Shown: positions 18,901 to 29,147, counted from the stretch's first letter. The stretch: 64,000 bases of DNA from Candidatus Lutacidiplasma silvani (GCA_022750295.1 JAKIVZ010000001.1:5651-69650), one strand, 5' to 3'. A program made the numbers and translations. Notes: a model not told the origin generated them from the sequence alone.

Positions 18901-21165
18901 GTGGCGCGAATCTTCATCGGGGTCTCGTGGCCGTACGCCAACGGCCCCCAGCACCTCGGCCACCTCGCGAGCACCTACGTCCCCGCCGACATCTTCGCCC
19001 GGTACCACCGGCTCCGGGACGACCAGGTCCTGATGGTCTCGGGGTCCGACATGCACGGGACTCCGATCCTCGTCGCGGCCGAGAAGGCGGGTCGGACCCC
19101 GGCCGAGCTCGCGGAACAGTTCCACGAGGTGAATCGGGCGGCGCTCACCCAGCTGGGCGTGACGTTCGACGTGTTCACCACCACCCACACGGTCCTCCAC
19201 GAGCAGAAGGTCCACGAGGTGTTCCTCGCCCTCCTCGAGGGCGGGTACATCCGTCGTCGCACGGCCGACGCGGCGTACTGCCCGAAGGAGCGCCGGTTCC
19301 TCCCGGACCGATATCTCGAGGGGACGTGCCCGCACTGCGGGTTCGCGAAGGCCCGCGGGGACGAGTGCGACAGCTGCGGCCGGCCGCTCGACCCGAAGCA
19401 GCTCGGGTCCCCGAAGTGCGCGTTCGACGGGACGCCGGCCGAGTTCCGGCCCTCCGAGCATTTCTATCTCGAGCTCGACCGGTTGCAACCGAAACTCACG
19501 GAGTACATCGCCCGCCAGGGCCCGACCTGGCGGCCGAGCGTGCTGCACGTCGCCGAGAACTTCCTCACCGAGGGTCTCCACCCGACACCGATCACGCGGG
19601 ACCTGGACTGGGGGGTCTCGATCCCGCTCGAGGGGTACGGGACGAAGCGGATCTACGTCTGGTTCGAGGCGCTGGTGGGGTACCTGTCGGCCGCCCAGGA
19701 GTGGGCGATCCGGTCCGGCCGCCCCGATGCGTGGCGCCAGTACTGGGAGGCGCGGGAGCCGGCGCGCCACTACTACTTCGTGGGGAAGGACAACAAGTTC
19801 CACCACACGATCGTCTGGCCGTCGATGCTCCTCGGCGTGGGCGGACTCCACCTGCCGGACGACGTGCCGGCGAACGAGTGGATGACTCTCGGCGGGCAGA
19901 AGGTCTCGAAGTCCCGGACAAAGGAACAGGACGCGTTCCTCCCCTCGCTCCTCTCCCGGTACACTCCGGACACGATCCGGTTCTACGCGGCGCTCCTGGC
20001 CCCCCAGAATCACGACACGGAGCTCGACTGGGACGAGTTCGAGCGGGTCCACGACGAGATCCTGGCGAACCAGTACGGCAACCTCGCGCAGCGGCTCCTC
20101 GTCCTCGTCCGGGACCGGTACGGCGGCGTCGTTCCCCCCGCCCCCGACGGCTGGTCGGCGCCGGAGTCGGAACTTGGCCAGCGGATCGCGCGGGCCGAGG
20201 AGGCGATCACCCGCGAACTCGAGGCGGTCCACCTCAAGGAAGCGCTCGAGCTCATCCTCGCCGAGGTCCGGGAAGGGAACCGCCGGTTCCACGAGGCGAA
20301 GCCGTGGGCCGCCGACGACGTCGCGCGCCGCCGGGCCGTCACCGAAGGACTGTGGCTCCTGAAGGCCTCGGCGATCTGGCTGTCGCCGTTCGTCCCGTTC
20401 TCCTCCGACACGCTGTTCCGCTCGCTGGGGTACTCCGACGGCCCGTCCCGGGGCGACTGGGAGTCGGTCCGGATCCCGGTCGCCGCCGGGCAGCACCTCG
20501 GCGAGGTACGACCGCTGTTCCCCCGCTTGGAGCGACCCGCCCCCCCGACCCCGGCGGCCGCCCCCTCCCCGAAGCCGGCCGCGGACGGCTCGCTTCCGCC
20601 GCTCGACATCCGGGCCGCCCGGATCGTCCACGTGGAGAACCATCCGTCGGCCGACCGGCTCTACGTCTTGACCGTCGAAGCGGGAGAGCCGCGACCCCGT
20701 ACGGTCGTCGCCGGGTTGCGGGACTCGTACGTTCCCGAGCAGCTCACGGGGCGGATGGTGGCCCTCCTCGCCAACCTCGAGCCCCGCACGATCCGGCGGA
20801 TCACGAGCCAGGGGATGATCCTCGCCGCCGACGTCGGAGGCAAGGCCGCGCTCCTCGAGATCCCCGACGGCGTCGAGCCCGGTCGAGCGATCGGCCCGAC
20901 CCCCGGACCGTCCCGGGCGATCGCGTACTCCGAATTCGAGTCGACCCCCCTCCTCGTCGGCCGGGCCGAGCCCTCGGAAGGCCCGGCGGCCCACGCGGTC
21001 TCGGTCGGACGCACCGTCGCCATCGACCGGGCCGTGTCGCCGGGGGCGTCGGTGGTCGTTCGATTCGCCGGTCCGGAATCGACGGAAGGGACCGTGCTTG
21101 ACTTCGACGACGATCACCTCCTGAAGGCCCCTGCCGCGGCCGCCCCCGGGACGAGGGTCCGATGA
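18901..21165 (+). CDS. metG: methionine--tRNA ligase (MetRS) with C-terminal tRNA-binding domain
   Basis: HLGH (HIGH) motif, four-Cys zinc knuckle, KVSKS (KMSKS) and a C-terminal EMAP/Trbp111-like domain. GTG start. Confidence 0.85.
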   Translation: MARIFIGVSWPYANGPQHLGHLASTYVPADIFARYHRLRDDQVLMVSGSDMHGTPILVAAEKAGRTPAELAEQFHEVNRAALTQLGVTFDVFTTTHTVLHEQKVHEVFLALLEGGYIRRRTADAAYCPKERRFLPDRYLEGTCPHCGFAKARGDECDSCGRPLDPKQLGSPKCAFDGTPAEFRPSEHFYLELDRLQPKLTEYIARQGPTWRPSVLHVAENFLTEGLHPTPITRDLDWGVSIPLEGYGTKRIYVWFEALVGYLSAAQEWAIRSGRPDAWRQYWEAREPARHYYFVGKDNKFHHTIVWPSMLLGVGGLHLPDDVPANEWMTLGGQKVSKSRTKEQDAFLPSLLSRYTPDTIRFYAALLAPQNHDTELDWDEFERVHDEILANQYGNLAQRLLVLVRDRYGGVVPPAPDGWSAPESELGQRIARAEEAITRELEAVHLKEALELILAEVREGNRRFHEAKPWAADDVARRRAVTEGLWLLKASAIWLSPFVPFSSDTLFRSLGYSDGPSRGDWESVRIPVAAGQHLGEVRPLFPRLERPAPPTPAAAPSPKPAADGSLPPLDIRAARIVHVENHPSADRLYVLTVEAGEPRPRTVVAGLRDSYVPEQLTGRMVALLANLEPRTIRRITSQGMILAADVGGKAALLEIPDGVEPGRAIGPTPGPSRAIAYSEFESTPLLVGRAEPSEGPAAHAVSVGRTVAIDRAVSPGASVVVRFAGPESTEGTVLDFDDDHLLKAPAAAAPGTRVR

Positions 21166-21842
21166 CCGGCGGATTCCGACTCGACCTGCACGTGCACACG
21201 ACCTACTCCCCCGATTCGCGGCTGCCCCTCGACGCGGTCGTCGAGCGGCTTGGGACGGAAGGGCTGCAGGGGTTCGCGCTCACCGACCACAACACCGTCG
21301 CCGGTCACGCGGCCCTTCGGACCCTCGCCGACAAGTTCCCCCAGTACCGGTTCATTCCCGGCATCGAGGTCTCCACCTACGAGGGTCACCTCCTCGTCTT
21401 CGGGGTCGCCGAGGTCCCGCCGCTCCATCGCCCGGTCGAGGAGACCGTCGAGTGGGTGGAGGCGCACGGGGGCGTGGCCGTCCCCGCGCACCCCGCCCGG
21501 CATTCGCACGGGATCGGTCGGCGCGTCGCGTCGCGCCTCAAGGTACCGGCGCTCGAGACCGTCAACGGGCACAACTCCGAGGTGGCGAACGCCCGGGCCG
21601 CCCTGATCGCCGCGTCGCGGACCCTTGGGGAGACCGGGGGCAGCGACGCCCACGACGCCGCGGGGGTCGGACGCGGATACACCGTGTTTCCCGAGGGGGT
21701 CGAGACCGTCGACCAGATGCTCGAGGAACTTCGGCGCCGGCACACGCGGTCGGGCGGGGTGTCGCTCCGATTCGGCGAGATGGCCCGGCTCGCGATTCGG
21801 ACCGTCACGCTCCGGGTCACCCGGGGCTTCCGGCCCATCTGA
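21162..21842 (+). CDS. PHP-domain metal-dependent phosphoesterase
   Basis: DLHVHTTYSPDS…ALTDHNT… is the PHP His/Asp motif pattern. Overlaps the metG stop by 4 nt (ATGA). Confidence 0.7.
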   Translation: MTGGFRLDLHVHTTYSPDSRLPLDAVVERLGTEGLQGFALTDHNTVAGHAALRTLADKFPQYRFIPGIEVSTYEGHLLVFGVAEVPPLHRPVEETVEWVEAHGGVAVPAHPARHSHGIGRRVASRLKVPALETVNGHNSEVANARAALIAASRTLGETGGSDAHDAAGVGRGYTVFPEGVETVDQMLEELRRRHTRSGGVSLRFGEMARLAIRTVTLRVTRGFRPI

Positions 21843-21856
21843 GCGACTCCTCTCGG

Positions 21857-21863
21857 CTTTTTA
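21857..21863 (+). promoter_or_regulatory. archaeal TATA box of the tRNA-Cys promoter
   Basis: tttttat centred about 27–33 bp upstream of the mature tRNA 5' end at 21890. Confidence 0.55.
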
Positions 21864-21889
21864 TCGCGCCGCCCCTGTGCGCGGCGCGC

Positions 21890-21962
21890 GCTGAGGTGGC
21901 AGAATGGTTAATGCGTCGGACTGCAGATCCGATTCCTGGGGGTTCGATTCCCTCCCTCAGCT
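21890..21962 (+). tRNA. tRNA-Cys (anticodon GCA)
   Basis: Manually folded. Acceptor GCTGAGG/CCTCAGC, D-stem GCA/TGC, anticodon stem TCGGA/TCCGA with loop CTGCAGA (GCA), T-arm GGGGG-TTCGATT-CCCTC, discriminator T, no encoded CCA. Confidence 0.8.
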
Positions 21963-22155
21963 CTCCGATTCGTCCGGGAGTCGGGTCCCCGGTTCGGCGG
22001 GGTAAAGGCCGCGGTCCCTCGGACGTACGCGGGCCGACGGACGCCCGGCGCGCCGATTCTGGGACTCGACCGGCCGGCCGCGGCTCGTCCGGTCGACGAG
22101 AAGACCCGGCCGTATCGTTCGGCGGGATTCTAATACTGGATTCTCGCGAACGAAT

Positions 22156-23229
22156 GTGCTCATGGCCCTCCCTACCCCGACCCTGGGACCGGTCGCGAAC
22201 CCCGCGGTCCCGGGGAGGGCCTCGCGGGTGCCCGTTGGGTTGCGGCGGAATGCCCCGTGGCTCGTGCTGATCGTCACGTCGATCACGTTCGCAGAGTTCC
22301 TGACTGGCTCGACGCCCGTCCTCGTCCCCCTTCTGGACCCGCTCTCGGCCCTGTTCCTGGTGGGCCTCTACGGGGCCGGGGTCCTCCTGGTCCGCGAGGC
22401 GTCGATCCGGTGGAACAAGGGGTGGCCGACGATCCTCCTGCTGGGCGCCGCGTATGGGATTGCGGAGGAGGGCCTCGGGACCAAGACGTTCTTCGGACCC
22501 GCCGGCGTCGGCTACCTCGGGGTCTACGGTCACTTCGTGGGCGTCAACTGGGTCTGGGCGGTCGAGCTCGACCTCTTCCATGCCGTCTGGAGCATCGCCC
22601 TCCCGATCGCCGCGGTCGGGCTGCTCTTCCCGGCCACCCAGGGGGTTTCGTTCCTCCCGACCCCCCGGATCCGCTGGGCGGTGCTCGCGGTGTTCGTCAC
22701 GACCGTCGCCCTGATGTTCGTCCTGTTCCACCGGTCGGAGATCCCGTCGATCGCCCTCATCGTGGCGGCCCTGGCGGCCATCGCGGCCCTGGTCGCCGCG
22801 GCCCGGCGGGCCCCGGCAGGTCTCGGCGGGCTCGGGGTCGGCCGAACGGCGCAGGGGTCCGGGCTCGCGCCGTTCGGCCTGGGAGCCGCATTCGTTTGGG
22901 GGTTCTTCGGCCTCGCCTGGGTCGGTCCGCAGCTCATCGCGGTACCGGCGGTGGTCGCCCTCGCGGTCCTCGCCTGGTCGGTCGGCGTCGGGATCCACCT
23001 CGCGCGTCGGCGCGACGAGTTCACGGCCCCCCTCGCCCGGCTCGACTTCGTCCTCGGGACCCTGACATTCCTCGTCGTTCTCGCGCTCGTGATGGGCGTG
23101 TTCGGCGACTTCGGGGTGTTCCCGGTCGTCGGGGTCGTTCTCTACGTCGGCTGGCGGCTGCGACGCCGTCTGCTCGCCCCGACGCCGGTCGCCGTCCCGT
23201 TCGGGGCCGCCGGCGGATTCGCGACCTAG
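22156..23229 (+). CDS. hypothetical polytopic membrane protein
   Basis: 357 aa, about 9–10 hydrophobic helices, no recognisable motif. Confidence 0.45.
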   Translation: MLMALPTPTLGPVANPAVPGRASRVPVGLRRNAPWLVLIVTSITFAEFLTGSTPVLVPLLDPLSALFLVGLYGAGVLLVREASIRWNKGWPTILLLGAAYGIAEEGLGTKTFFGPAGVGYLGVYGHFVGVNWVWAVELDLFHAVWSIALPIAAVGLLFPATQGVSFLPTPRIRWAVLAVFVTTVALMFVLFHRSEIPSIALIVAALAAIAALVAAARRAPAGLGGLGVGRTAQGSGLAPFGLGAAFVWGFFGLAWVGPQLIAVPAVVALAVLAWSVGVGIHLARRRDEFTAPLARLDFVLGTLTFLVVLALVMGVFGDFGVFPVVGVVLYVGWRLRRRLLAPTPVAVPFGAAGGFAT

Positions 23230-24020
23230 CGGGGAGTCCCGCGGAAGCCGAACTCCCGGTGGACGAGCGGGAGGATCTCGTCGAGCTTCCGCGCCCGGTG
23301 CGACGGCGCGAGCGGGGGGCCCGCCGTCGGCACGAACAGCTTCCGGTAGTCCGGGGCGTAGTCGGTGCTCCCCTCGAAGAGGATCGTCGCCCGGTACCCC
23401 GCGCCCTGGGCCCCGAGGATGTCGGACGGCCCGTCGCCGACGTGGATGGCTTCGCTCGCCTTCGCGTGGAGACGACCGAGCGCGAAGTCGAACAGCTGGC
23501 GGCTCGGCTTCGTCCAGGGGTGCTCGTCGGACCAGACGAACGCGTCGAACGATCGGGCGAGGCCGTGCCGGGCGAGGGCCCGCTCGAGCGACCGTCCCGG
23601 CTCCCCGACGGTGTTCGAGATGATCGCGAGCCGGCACCCGTACATCCGCAACGATTCCAGAACCGGTTTCGCCCCGCGCACGGCGCGGAACGGGGTGTCG
23701 TCGACCAGCCGTTCGAGCCGCTGTTCGTACGTCTCGGGCCGCGGTCGGCGACCCGCGAGCGCGCCCGCTCGGACGACCTGGGTGCCCGGGGTGACGGTCG
23801 AGCCTTCGCGGGCCGCCACGACCGCCTCTTCGTACGCCCGACGGAACGCGTCCCACGGGTCGAGCGCGATGGAGACGTCCGGGGAAACCGGGCCCTCCGG
23901 GGCGTCGGCGACGACCTCTCCGCCGATCGCCCACTGGCGGCGCATGTACTCGGCCTCTGCGAACGGAGGCAGGTCGAGCAGGGTGTGCCAGAGGTCGAAC
24001 GTGACCGCGTGCGCTGGCAT
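23226..24020 (-). CDS. HAD-superfamily hydrolase (subfamily IA-like)
   Basis: Motif I FDLWHTLLD, …IISNT…, motif IV …HVGDGPSDILGA…. Start trimmed to MPAHAV, ATG verified at 24018–24020. Confidence 0.65.
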   Translation of the reverse strand: MPAHAVTFDLWHTLLDLPPFAEAEYMRRQWAIGGEVVADAPEGPVSPDVSIALDPWDAFRRAYEEAVVAAREGSTVTPGTQVVRAGALAGRRPRPETYEQRLERLVDDTPFRAVRGAKPVLESLRMYGCRLAIISNTVGEPGRSLERALARHGLARSFDAFVWSDEHPWTKPSRQLFDFALGRLHAKASEAIHVGDGPSDILGAQGAGYRATILFEGSTDYAPDYRKLFVPTAGPPLAPSHRARKLDEILPLVHREFGFRGTPR

Positions 24021-24105
24021 CGTCTCCCCGGGTCCCGAGGCGCCGCACCGGGGCCCGCCCCACCGCCCGGGGAAAGATGAAGGCCCGGTCTCCCCTCCCG
24101 ACGCC

Positions 24106-25302
24106 GTGGCGAGCGGGTCGACGTCCCCGGAGACGGCCGTGGTCCTCGGCGCGGGGTACGCCGGACTGCGGGTCGCCCACGAGATCCGGCGGCGAAGCCG
24201 ACGGTCCATCCCGGTCGTCCTCGTCGACCGGAGCCCGGTGCACGTTCTCCGCACCGAGCTCTACGAGGTCGGGGCCCTGGCCGACGCGCGCCGCACGGAC
24301 CGGAGATTCACCCTCCCGCTCGAAGAGCTCGTCCGGAAAGATGGGATCGAGTATCGCCAGGGGACGGTCGCGGGGATCGACCTCGACGGCGGGACCGTGG
24401 ACCTCGGGACCGCGTCCCTGCCGTATCGCAGCCTCGCGATCTGCCTCGGGAACGTCGCGGCGTTCTACGGCGTCGCCGGGGCCGAGGAGCACACGTACCA
24501 AGTCTACCGATACAGCGGCGCGGTCCGCCTCGCGGCCGCGATGCGGGAGCTCGAGGCGAACTCGCCGACCCTCCCGGGGGCCCGCCGTCCCCGGGTGCTC
24601 GTCATCGGCGGCGGCTCGACGGGAACGGAGGTCGCGGCCGAGATCGCCACCGCCGACTGGCCGGGGATCGCGGGCCCGCTCGCGCGTCCCCCGGAGGTCG
24701 TGCTGGTGTGCGGGGCCCTCCCGTTCCTCGCGGGACTCCCGGTCGGCCTCGTCGGGCACGCCCGGCGGCTTCTCTACGACGCCGGCGTGGTCCTCCACGA
24801 AGGGATCAACGTCCGGTCGATCGCGCCCGGCCGGGCGACCCTCGACGACGGCTCCGAGCTTCCGTTCGACGTCGCGGTCTGGGCCGCCGGGATCCAGGCC
24901 CCCGACGTGATCCGGCGGCTGCCGGGTCCGCACGGCCGGGGGGGCCGCCTGAAGGTCACCGAGCATCTCGAGCTCGTCGACCGCCCCGGCGTCTTCGGGG
25001 TCGGCGACGTCGTCGAGTTCGAGGACCCGACGACGCACATGGTCGTCCCGAGCACCGCCCAGGCGGCGCTCGCCGAGGCGCCGGTCGCCGCGGCGAATTT
25101 GGTCGCCCGGTGGAACGGCGAACCGATGCGGCCGTTCCGGTACCGCGAGCGGGGGGTCGTCGTCGCCCTCGGCGTCGGGCGGGCGGCCGGGAAGTTGAGC
25201 CGGGTCACCGTCTGGGGGAGCCCCGCCCACTTGCTGAAGACGCTCGTCCAGCGGGAGTACGCGAGCGCGACGGCCCGGGGCCGTCCGCCCACGGGGCTGT
25301 GA
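24106..25302 (+). CDS. ndh: type II NADH dehydrogenase / pyridine nucleotide-disulfide oxidoreductase
   Basis: Two GxGxxG/A Rossmann motifs (VVLGAGYAGL and VLVIGGGSTGTEVAAE) and …GVFGVGD…. GTG start chosen in frame; the upstream ORF extension is junk. Confidence 0.65.
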   Translation: MASGSTSPETAVVLGAGYAGLRVAHEIRRRSRRSIPVVLVDRSPVHVLRTELYEVGALADARRTDRRFTLPLEELVRKDGIEYRQGTVAGIDLDGGTVDLGTASLPYRSLAICLGNVAAFYGVAGAEEHTYQVYRYSGAVRLAAAMRELEANSPTLPGARRPRVLVIGGGSTGTEVAAEIATADWPGIAGPLARPPEVVLVCGALPFLAGLPVGLVGHARRLLYDAGVVLHEGINVRSIAPGRATLDDGSELPFDVAVWAAGIQAPDVIRRLPGPHGRGGRLKVTEHLELVDRPGVFGVGDVVEFEDPTTHMVVPSTAQAALAEAPVAAANLVARWNGEPMRPFRYRERGVVVALGVGRAAGKLSRVTVWGSPAHLLKTLVQREYASATARGRPPTGL

Positions 25303-25366
25303 GACGGCCGTGTCCGCCCGGCGCCGGAACCGTTAATCCGCTCGGGCGCTCCGGCAGGTCGCGGCG

Positions 25367-26344
25367 ATGCGGGCTCTCGTGCTGATCGGCGGGTTCGGGA
25401 CCCGCCTCCGGCCGGTGACGTACGACGTTCCGAAGCAACTCATCCCCATCGCGGGGAAGCCGATGCTCTACCACGTCCTCGACCTCCTGCCAAAGGAGGT
25501 CGACTCGGCGGTGTTCGCGACCGGGTACAAGGCCGATGTCATCGAGGCGTACGTCCGCGACCACCCGCTCCCCCGTCTCCCGATCACGACCGTCCACGAG
25601 GCGGAGCCGCTCGGGACGGGCGGGGGTCTCCGGAACGCCGGGGACGGGATCGGCGACCCGTTCGTGCTCCTCAACTCCGACGTCATCGCCGACGTCGACG
25701 TGACGGCGCTCCTCGCCGCCCACCGGGCGAAACACGCGTTCGGCACGATGGTCCTCCACGAGGTCGACGACACCCGGCCGTACGGCGTCGCCGCCCTCGA
25801 CGCGGACGACCGGATCGGCGCCTTTGTCGAGAAGCCGGAGCCGGCCGACGCCCCCTCGCACTGGATCAACGCCGGCGTCGCCGTCTGGTCCGAGGCGGTC
25901 CTCGCCGAGATCCCGCCGGGCCGGCCGGTCTCCTTCGAGCGGGAGGTCGTCCCCGGCCTCCTGCCGCGCGGCGTTTTCGGATTCCGTTCCACCGGGTTCT
26001 GGGAGGACGCCGGGACCCCCGAGCGTCTCCTTCGGGCCCAGTCGCTTCTCTTCGATGCCGGTCGCGGGGGTCCGGGCACCCTCCCCGCCGGCGCCACCGG
26101 CCAGGGTCCCGTCGCGCTCGGGAGCGGGGTCGAGGCCCGGGGCGCGAAATTCGGGCCGTACGTCACCCTCGGGAACGGGGTCGTCGTCGAAGCCGGGGCG
26201 CACGTGGCGAACTCGGTGGTCATGGACGGGGCGACGATCGGGCCGGGCGCGACGGTGACCGGTTCCATCGTCGGGCCGAAGGCCCGCGTGGCCGCCGGCC
26301 GTACGCTCGCCGGCGTCGTGGTCGGCGGCTCGGCCGACGCCTAG
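25367..26344 (+). CDS. sugar-phosphate nucleotidyltransferase (mannose-1-P/glucose-1-P guanylyl/uridylyl-transferase-like) with C-terminal LbH domain
   Basis: LIGGFGTRLRPVT…PK signature, and C-terminal hexapeptide repeats. Confidence 0.7.
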   Translation: MRALVLIGGFGTRLRPVTYDVPKQLIPIAGKPMLYHVLDLLPKEVDSAVFATGYKADVIEAYVRDHPLPRLPITTVHEAEPLGTGGGLRNAGDGIGDPFVLLNSDVIADVDVTALLAAHRAKHAFGTMVLHEVDDTRPYGVAALDADDRIGAFVEKPEPADAPSHWINAGVAVWSEAVLAEIPPGRPVSFEREVVPGLLPRGVFGFRSTGFWEDAGTPERLLRAQSLLFDAGRGGPGTLPAGATGQGPVALGSGVEARGAKFGPYVTLGNGVVVEAGAHVANSVVMDGATIGPGATVTGSIVGPKARVAAGRTLAGVVVGGSADA

Positions 26345-29076
26345 CCAGCCCCTTCGGGGGGTCGGGCGGGCGGCCGACGAGGACCCCGGAGCCCGACGAG
26401 CAGGACCGCTTCCGCCCCGGCCACGGCGAGGAGTCCGATCGCGAGCCAGAACGTCGCGTTGTACGGCGACGGCGAGCTGCTCGTGGCCGGTCCGGTCGTG
26501 TTCGAGCCGACGCCGGGCAGTACGGCGACGGTGAGGACGTTGCTGGCGCCGACCCCTCCATCGGCGTCGACGGCGTGGACGTTGAGCGACAGGTTCCCGG
26601 TCCCGGTCGGCGCGAGCGTGACCGTCGTACCGTTGTCGCCCGCGAGGAGCTGGGAGCCGTTGTACCAACGGATCGCGAACGGCCCGGTCCCGCCGGAAAC
26701 GGTCACCACGAACGTGGCGGGCACCCCGACCCGGACGGTCGCGGACGGTTCCGATGCCGCGAGCGACAGGGAGAGGACGTCGTGGATCGGGATCGCCGCG
26801 CTCGAAGCGTTCACGACCGCTCCCGCCGCATCGGAGACGGAGACCTGCGCGGTCACCGTTCCCACGCTCGTCGCGGAGGCGACGACCGGGCCCGCGCAGC
26901 TCCCGGGGGCCGGGAACTCGCCGGGGAGGGTCCAGTTGCACAGGTACGGCGGGGTCCCGCCCTCGATCACGGTGGAGAACGTCAGCGACCCGCCGACGTC
27001 GGCGCCTGCGACCGACGGGACGACCGTGACGTTGAGCGCGGGCGAGACGACGAGGACGGCCGGGGGCGAGACGATCTCGTCGCCCAAGCTATCGCGGACG
27101 GTCGCCACCGGGCGGCTCACCCCCGCCGCGATCGGTCGGCAGGTCACGACCGGGCCGGACGTCCCGCCGCATCCGTCCGGGAGCCCCGACCAGGTGAAGT
27201 TGTAGACCCCGGCGCCCCCGTGAGCCGCCGCGCTCAGCGTCAGGTTCTCTCCGACGTCGACCGGGTCCGGGGAGGCCCTCACCGAACCGGAAAGGGGCAA
27301 CGGCGTCGTCTGGTACAGGTTCTCGAGGATCGTCTCCGCGTCGTCGGGGCTCGGCGGCTGGAACGCCGACCCGGTCATCAGATGGGAGTACCCGAAGGCG
27401 CCGTCCGGCCCGCTCGTCGACTCGGTCGTGTACTTCGGCGTCGCCGACTGGGAGAACGAGAACGCCTGGATCGACGGCGAGGCGCCCGCGCTCGCGACCG
27501 TCTCGGTGGCGACCCACACGCCGTTCGCGCCGGTCACCTCATCGTCGACGGAGTGGGACGTCGAGGTCGACGGCCCGCCGAATCCCGTCGAGGCGGCGGT
27601 GTCGAATTCGGTCCACTGCTGCTGGAAATTCAGCATCGACGTCGTGGCATTGCCGGTAACGGGGTACCCCCCCCCGGTCGTCGATGTCACGAGGAATTGG
27701 GAGCCGAGGTCGGTCCCGATCGCGAACGTCCGGCTGGAATTGTCGTACTGACGGCCGGCCGCGGACGTGGACACGCTCGTGTCGGACAGCGTCGACGTTT
27801 GGCTGAGGTTCTCCCATCCGGTGCCGTTCGTCGGGGCCGTCACCGAGGTCGTCGTCTGTCGGAACGTCCCGGTGCCCGACGACGAGACGGAGACCGTCCC
27901 GTTCGTCGTGGACAGCTCGGACGCGTACGTGAACGAGGTCGAGGAGGAGATCGTCGATCCGGAGGTTCCGGGCGACGGCAGCACCGCCTCGCTCGATGTG
28001 CTCGTGGCGCCGCCGACCGTGGCGTTCGTCCAGAGGAGGAGCGACCCCTGGACGAGCCAGTCGCTCTGCGACTGGCGTCCCCCGACCGTGACGTTGTAGG
28101 TGTGGGCCCCCTCGAGGAGGCCGAGAGCCCCCGAGACGTTCAGCTCGTACGGACGGTCGCTGAGCGTGTAGTCGGCCGGGATCGGACGCCACAGGAACAG
28201 GTCGACGCCTCCCGTGTTCACGAACGGGAACGGGTAGACCGCGGCGAACGGCGACCCGTCGAGCGTGACGTCGATGGACCGGGCGCTCGGGGAGTTGGCC
28301 CACCAGAACTCGTCGGACTGGAAGCCGTACGCCCACAGCTCCAGCACGGCGGCGGACGTGTCCGTGGGGACCGTGGCGTTCACCGAGATCGACGGGGTCG
28401 CCGGCACGATGTAGTGCTGCGACCAGAGCGGGACGACCTTCGACGGCTCGCTCGGGACCGGACCCCCCGGCGGGGGCGGGTAGAACGTGAGGTTGATCGA
28501 CGTCGAGAAGTACCCGCCCACAAGCGCGGCGCTGAGGACGAACGTGAAGTTCGCCCCCGGTTCGAGAAGGCTCTCGTACTCGGTGATGTTGTCGAGCACG
28601 GTCCACGTGCCGAACTCCGGGGTCGTGCCGAAGAGGACCTGGGCCCCGTCCACGTACGCCCGGTACGACGAATCGTAGACGCCGCCGACGGCGGTGCCGG
28701 TGTAGTTGAGCACCACGGAGTCCCACGGGCCGCCGGCCGGGGTGTCGTTGACGTACGCGCAGCATCCCCGGTTGTTCGTGGTAACGGTCACGACGACGGG
28801 GGTCGTATCGGGAACCGCCGGAGGCGGGGTTTCCTGGTACGCGGAGACCGGCGTCCCGGCAGCAGGGTCCGACCCCGGCACCGTGAGGTTGTGCTGGAGA
28901 AGCCCGGCGAGCGGTTCGACCGGGGCGAGCGACGACACCGCCGGCGCCAGGTCGGGAGGACCCGCACCGGGGACGGTCGGGACCCCGGCGGCGTGGCTCG
29001 ACGGGATGGCGGCGGCCAGCGGAAGGAGGAGAAGGATCGCGACGACCGCCAGCGACGCCGACGGCCGACGTCCCAT
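26341..29076 (-). CDS. secreted surface glycoprotein: PNGase-A-like N-terminal domain plus Ig/PKD-like repeats and a C-terminal TM anchor
   Basis: Signal peptide MGRRPSASLAVVAILLLLPLAAA. The N-terminal region (…YESLLEPGANFTF…LELWAYGFQSDEFWWAN…IDVTLDG…) resembles the peptide-N4-(GlcNAc)-Asn amidase A N-terminal domain. Repeated …LPDGCGG…C.P… Ig-like modules, more than 50 N-x-S/T sequons, C-terminal hydrophobic anchor. Confidence 0.6.
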   Translation of the reverse strand: MGRRPSASLAVVAILLLLPLAAAIPSSHAAGVPTVPGAGPPDLAPAVSSLAPVEPLAGLLQHNLTVPGSDPAAGTPVSAYQETPPPAVPDTTPVVVTVTTNNRGCCAYVNDTPAGGPWDSVVLNYTGTAVGGVYDSSYRAYVDGAQVLFGTTPEFGTWTVLDNITEYESLLEPGANFTFVLSAALVGGYFSTSINLTFYPPPPGGPVPSEPSKVVPLWSQHYIVPATPSISVNATVPTDTSAAVLELWAYGFQSDEFWWANSPSARSIDVTLDGSPFAAVYPFPFVNTGGVDLFLWRPIPADYTLSDRPYELNVSGALGLLEGAHTYNVTVGGRQSQSDWLVQGSLLLWTNATVGGATSTSSEAVLPSPGTSGSTISSSTSFTYASELSTTNGTVSVSSSGTGTFRQTTTSVTAPTNGTGWENLSQTSTLSDTSVSTSAAGRQYDNSSRTFAIGTDLGSQFLVTSTTGGGYPVTGNATTSMLNFQQQWTEFDTAASTGFGGPSTSTSHSVDDEVTGANGVWVATETVASAGASPSIQAFSFSQSATPKYTTESTSGPDGAFGYSHLMTGSAFQPPSPDDAETILENLYQTTPLPLSGSVRASPDPVDVGENLTLSAAAHGGAGVYNFTWSGLPDGCGGTSGPVVTCRPIAAGVSRPVATVRDSLGDEIVSPPAVLVVSPALNVTVVPSVAGADVGGSLTFSTVIEGGTPPYLCNWTLPGEFPAPGSCAGPVVASATSVGTVTAQVSVSDAAGAVVNASSAAIPIHDVLSLSLAASEPSATVRVGVPATFVVTVSGGTGPFAIRWYNGSQLLAGDNGTTVTLAPTGTGNLSLNVHAVDADGGVGASNVLTVAVLPGVGSNTTGPATSSSPSPYNATFWLAIGLLAVAGAEAVLLVGLRGPRRPPARPPEGAG

Positions 29077-29147
29077 CCGACGGGCGAGGCCGGGGCCGTA
29101 CAAAACCTAGGACCGCCGACCGGCCGGCGTCCGACGCCTCGAACCGC

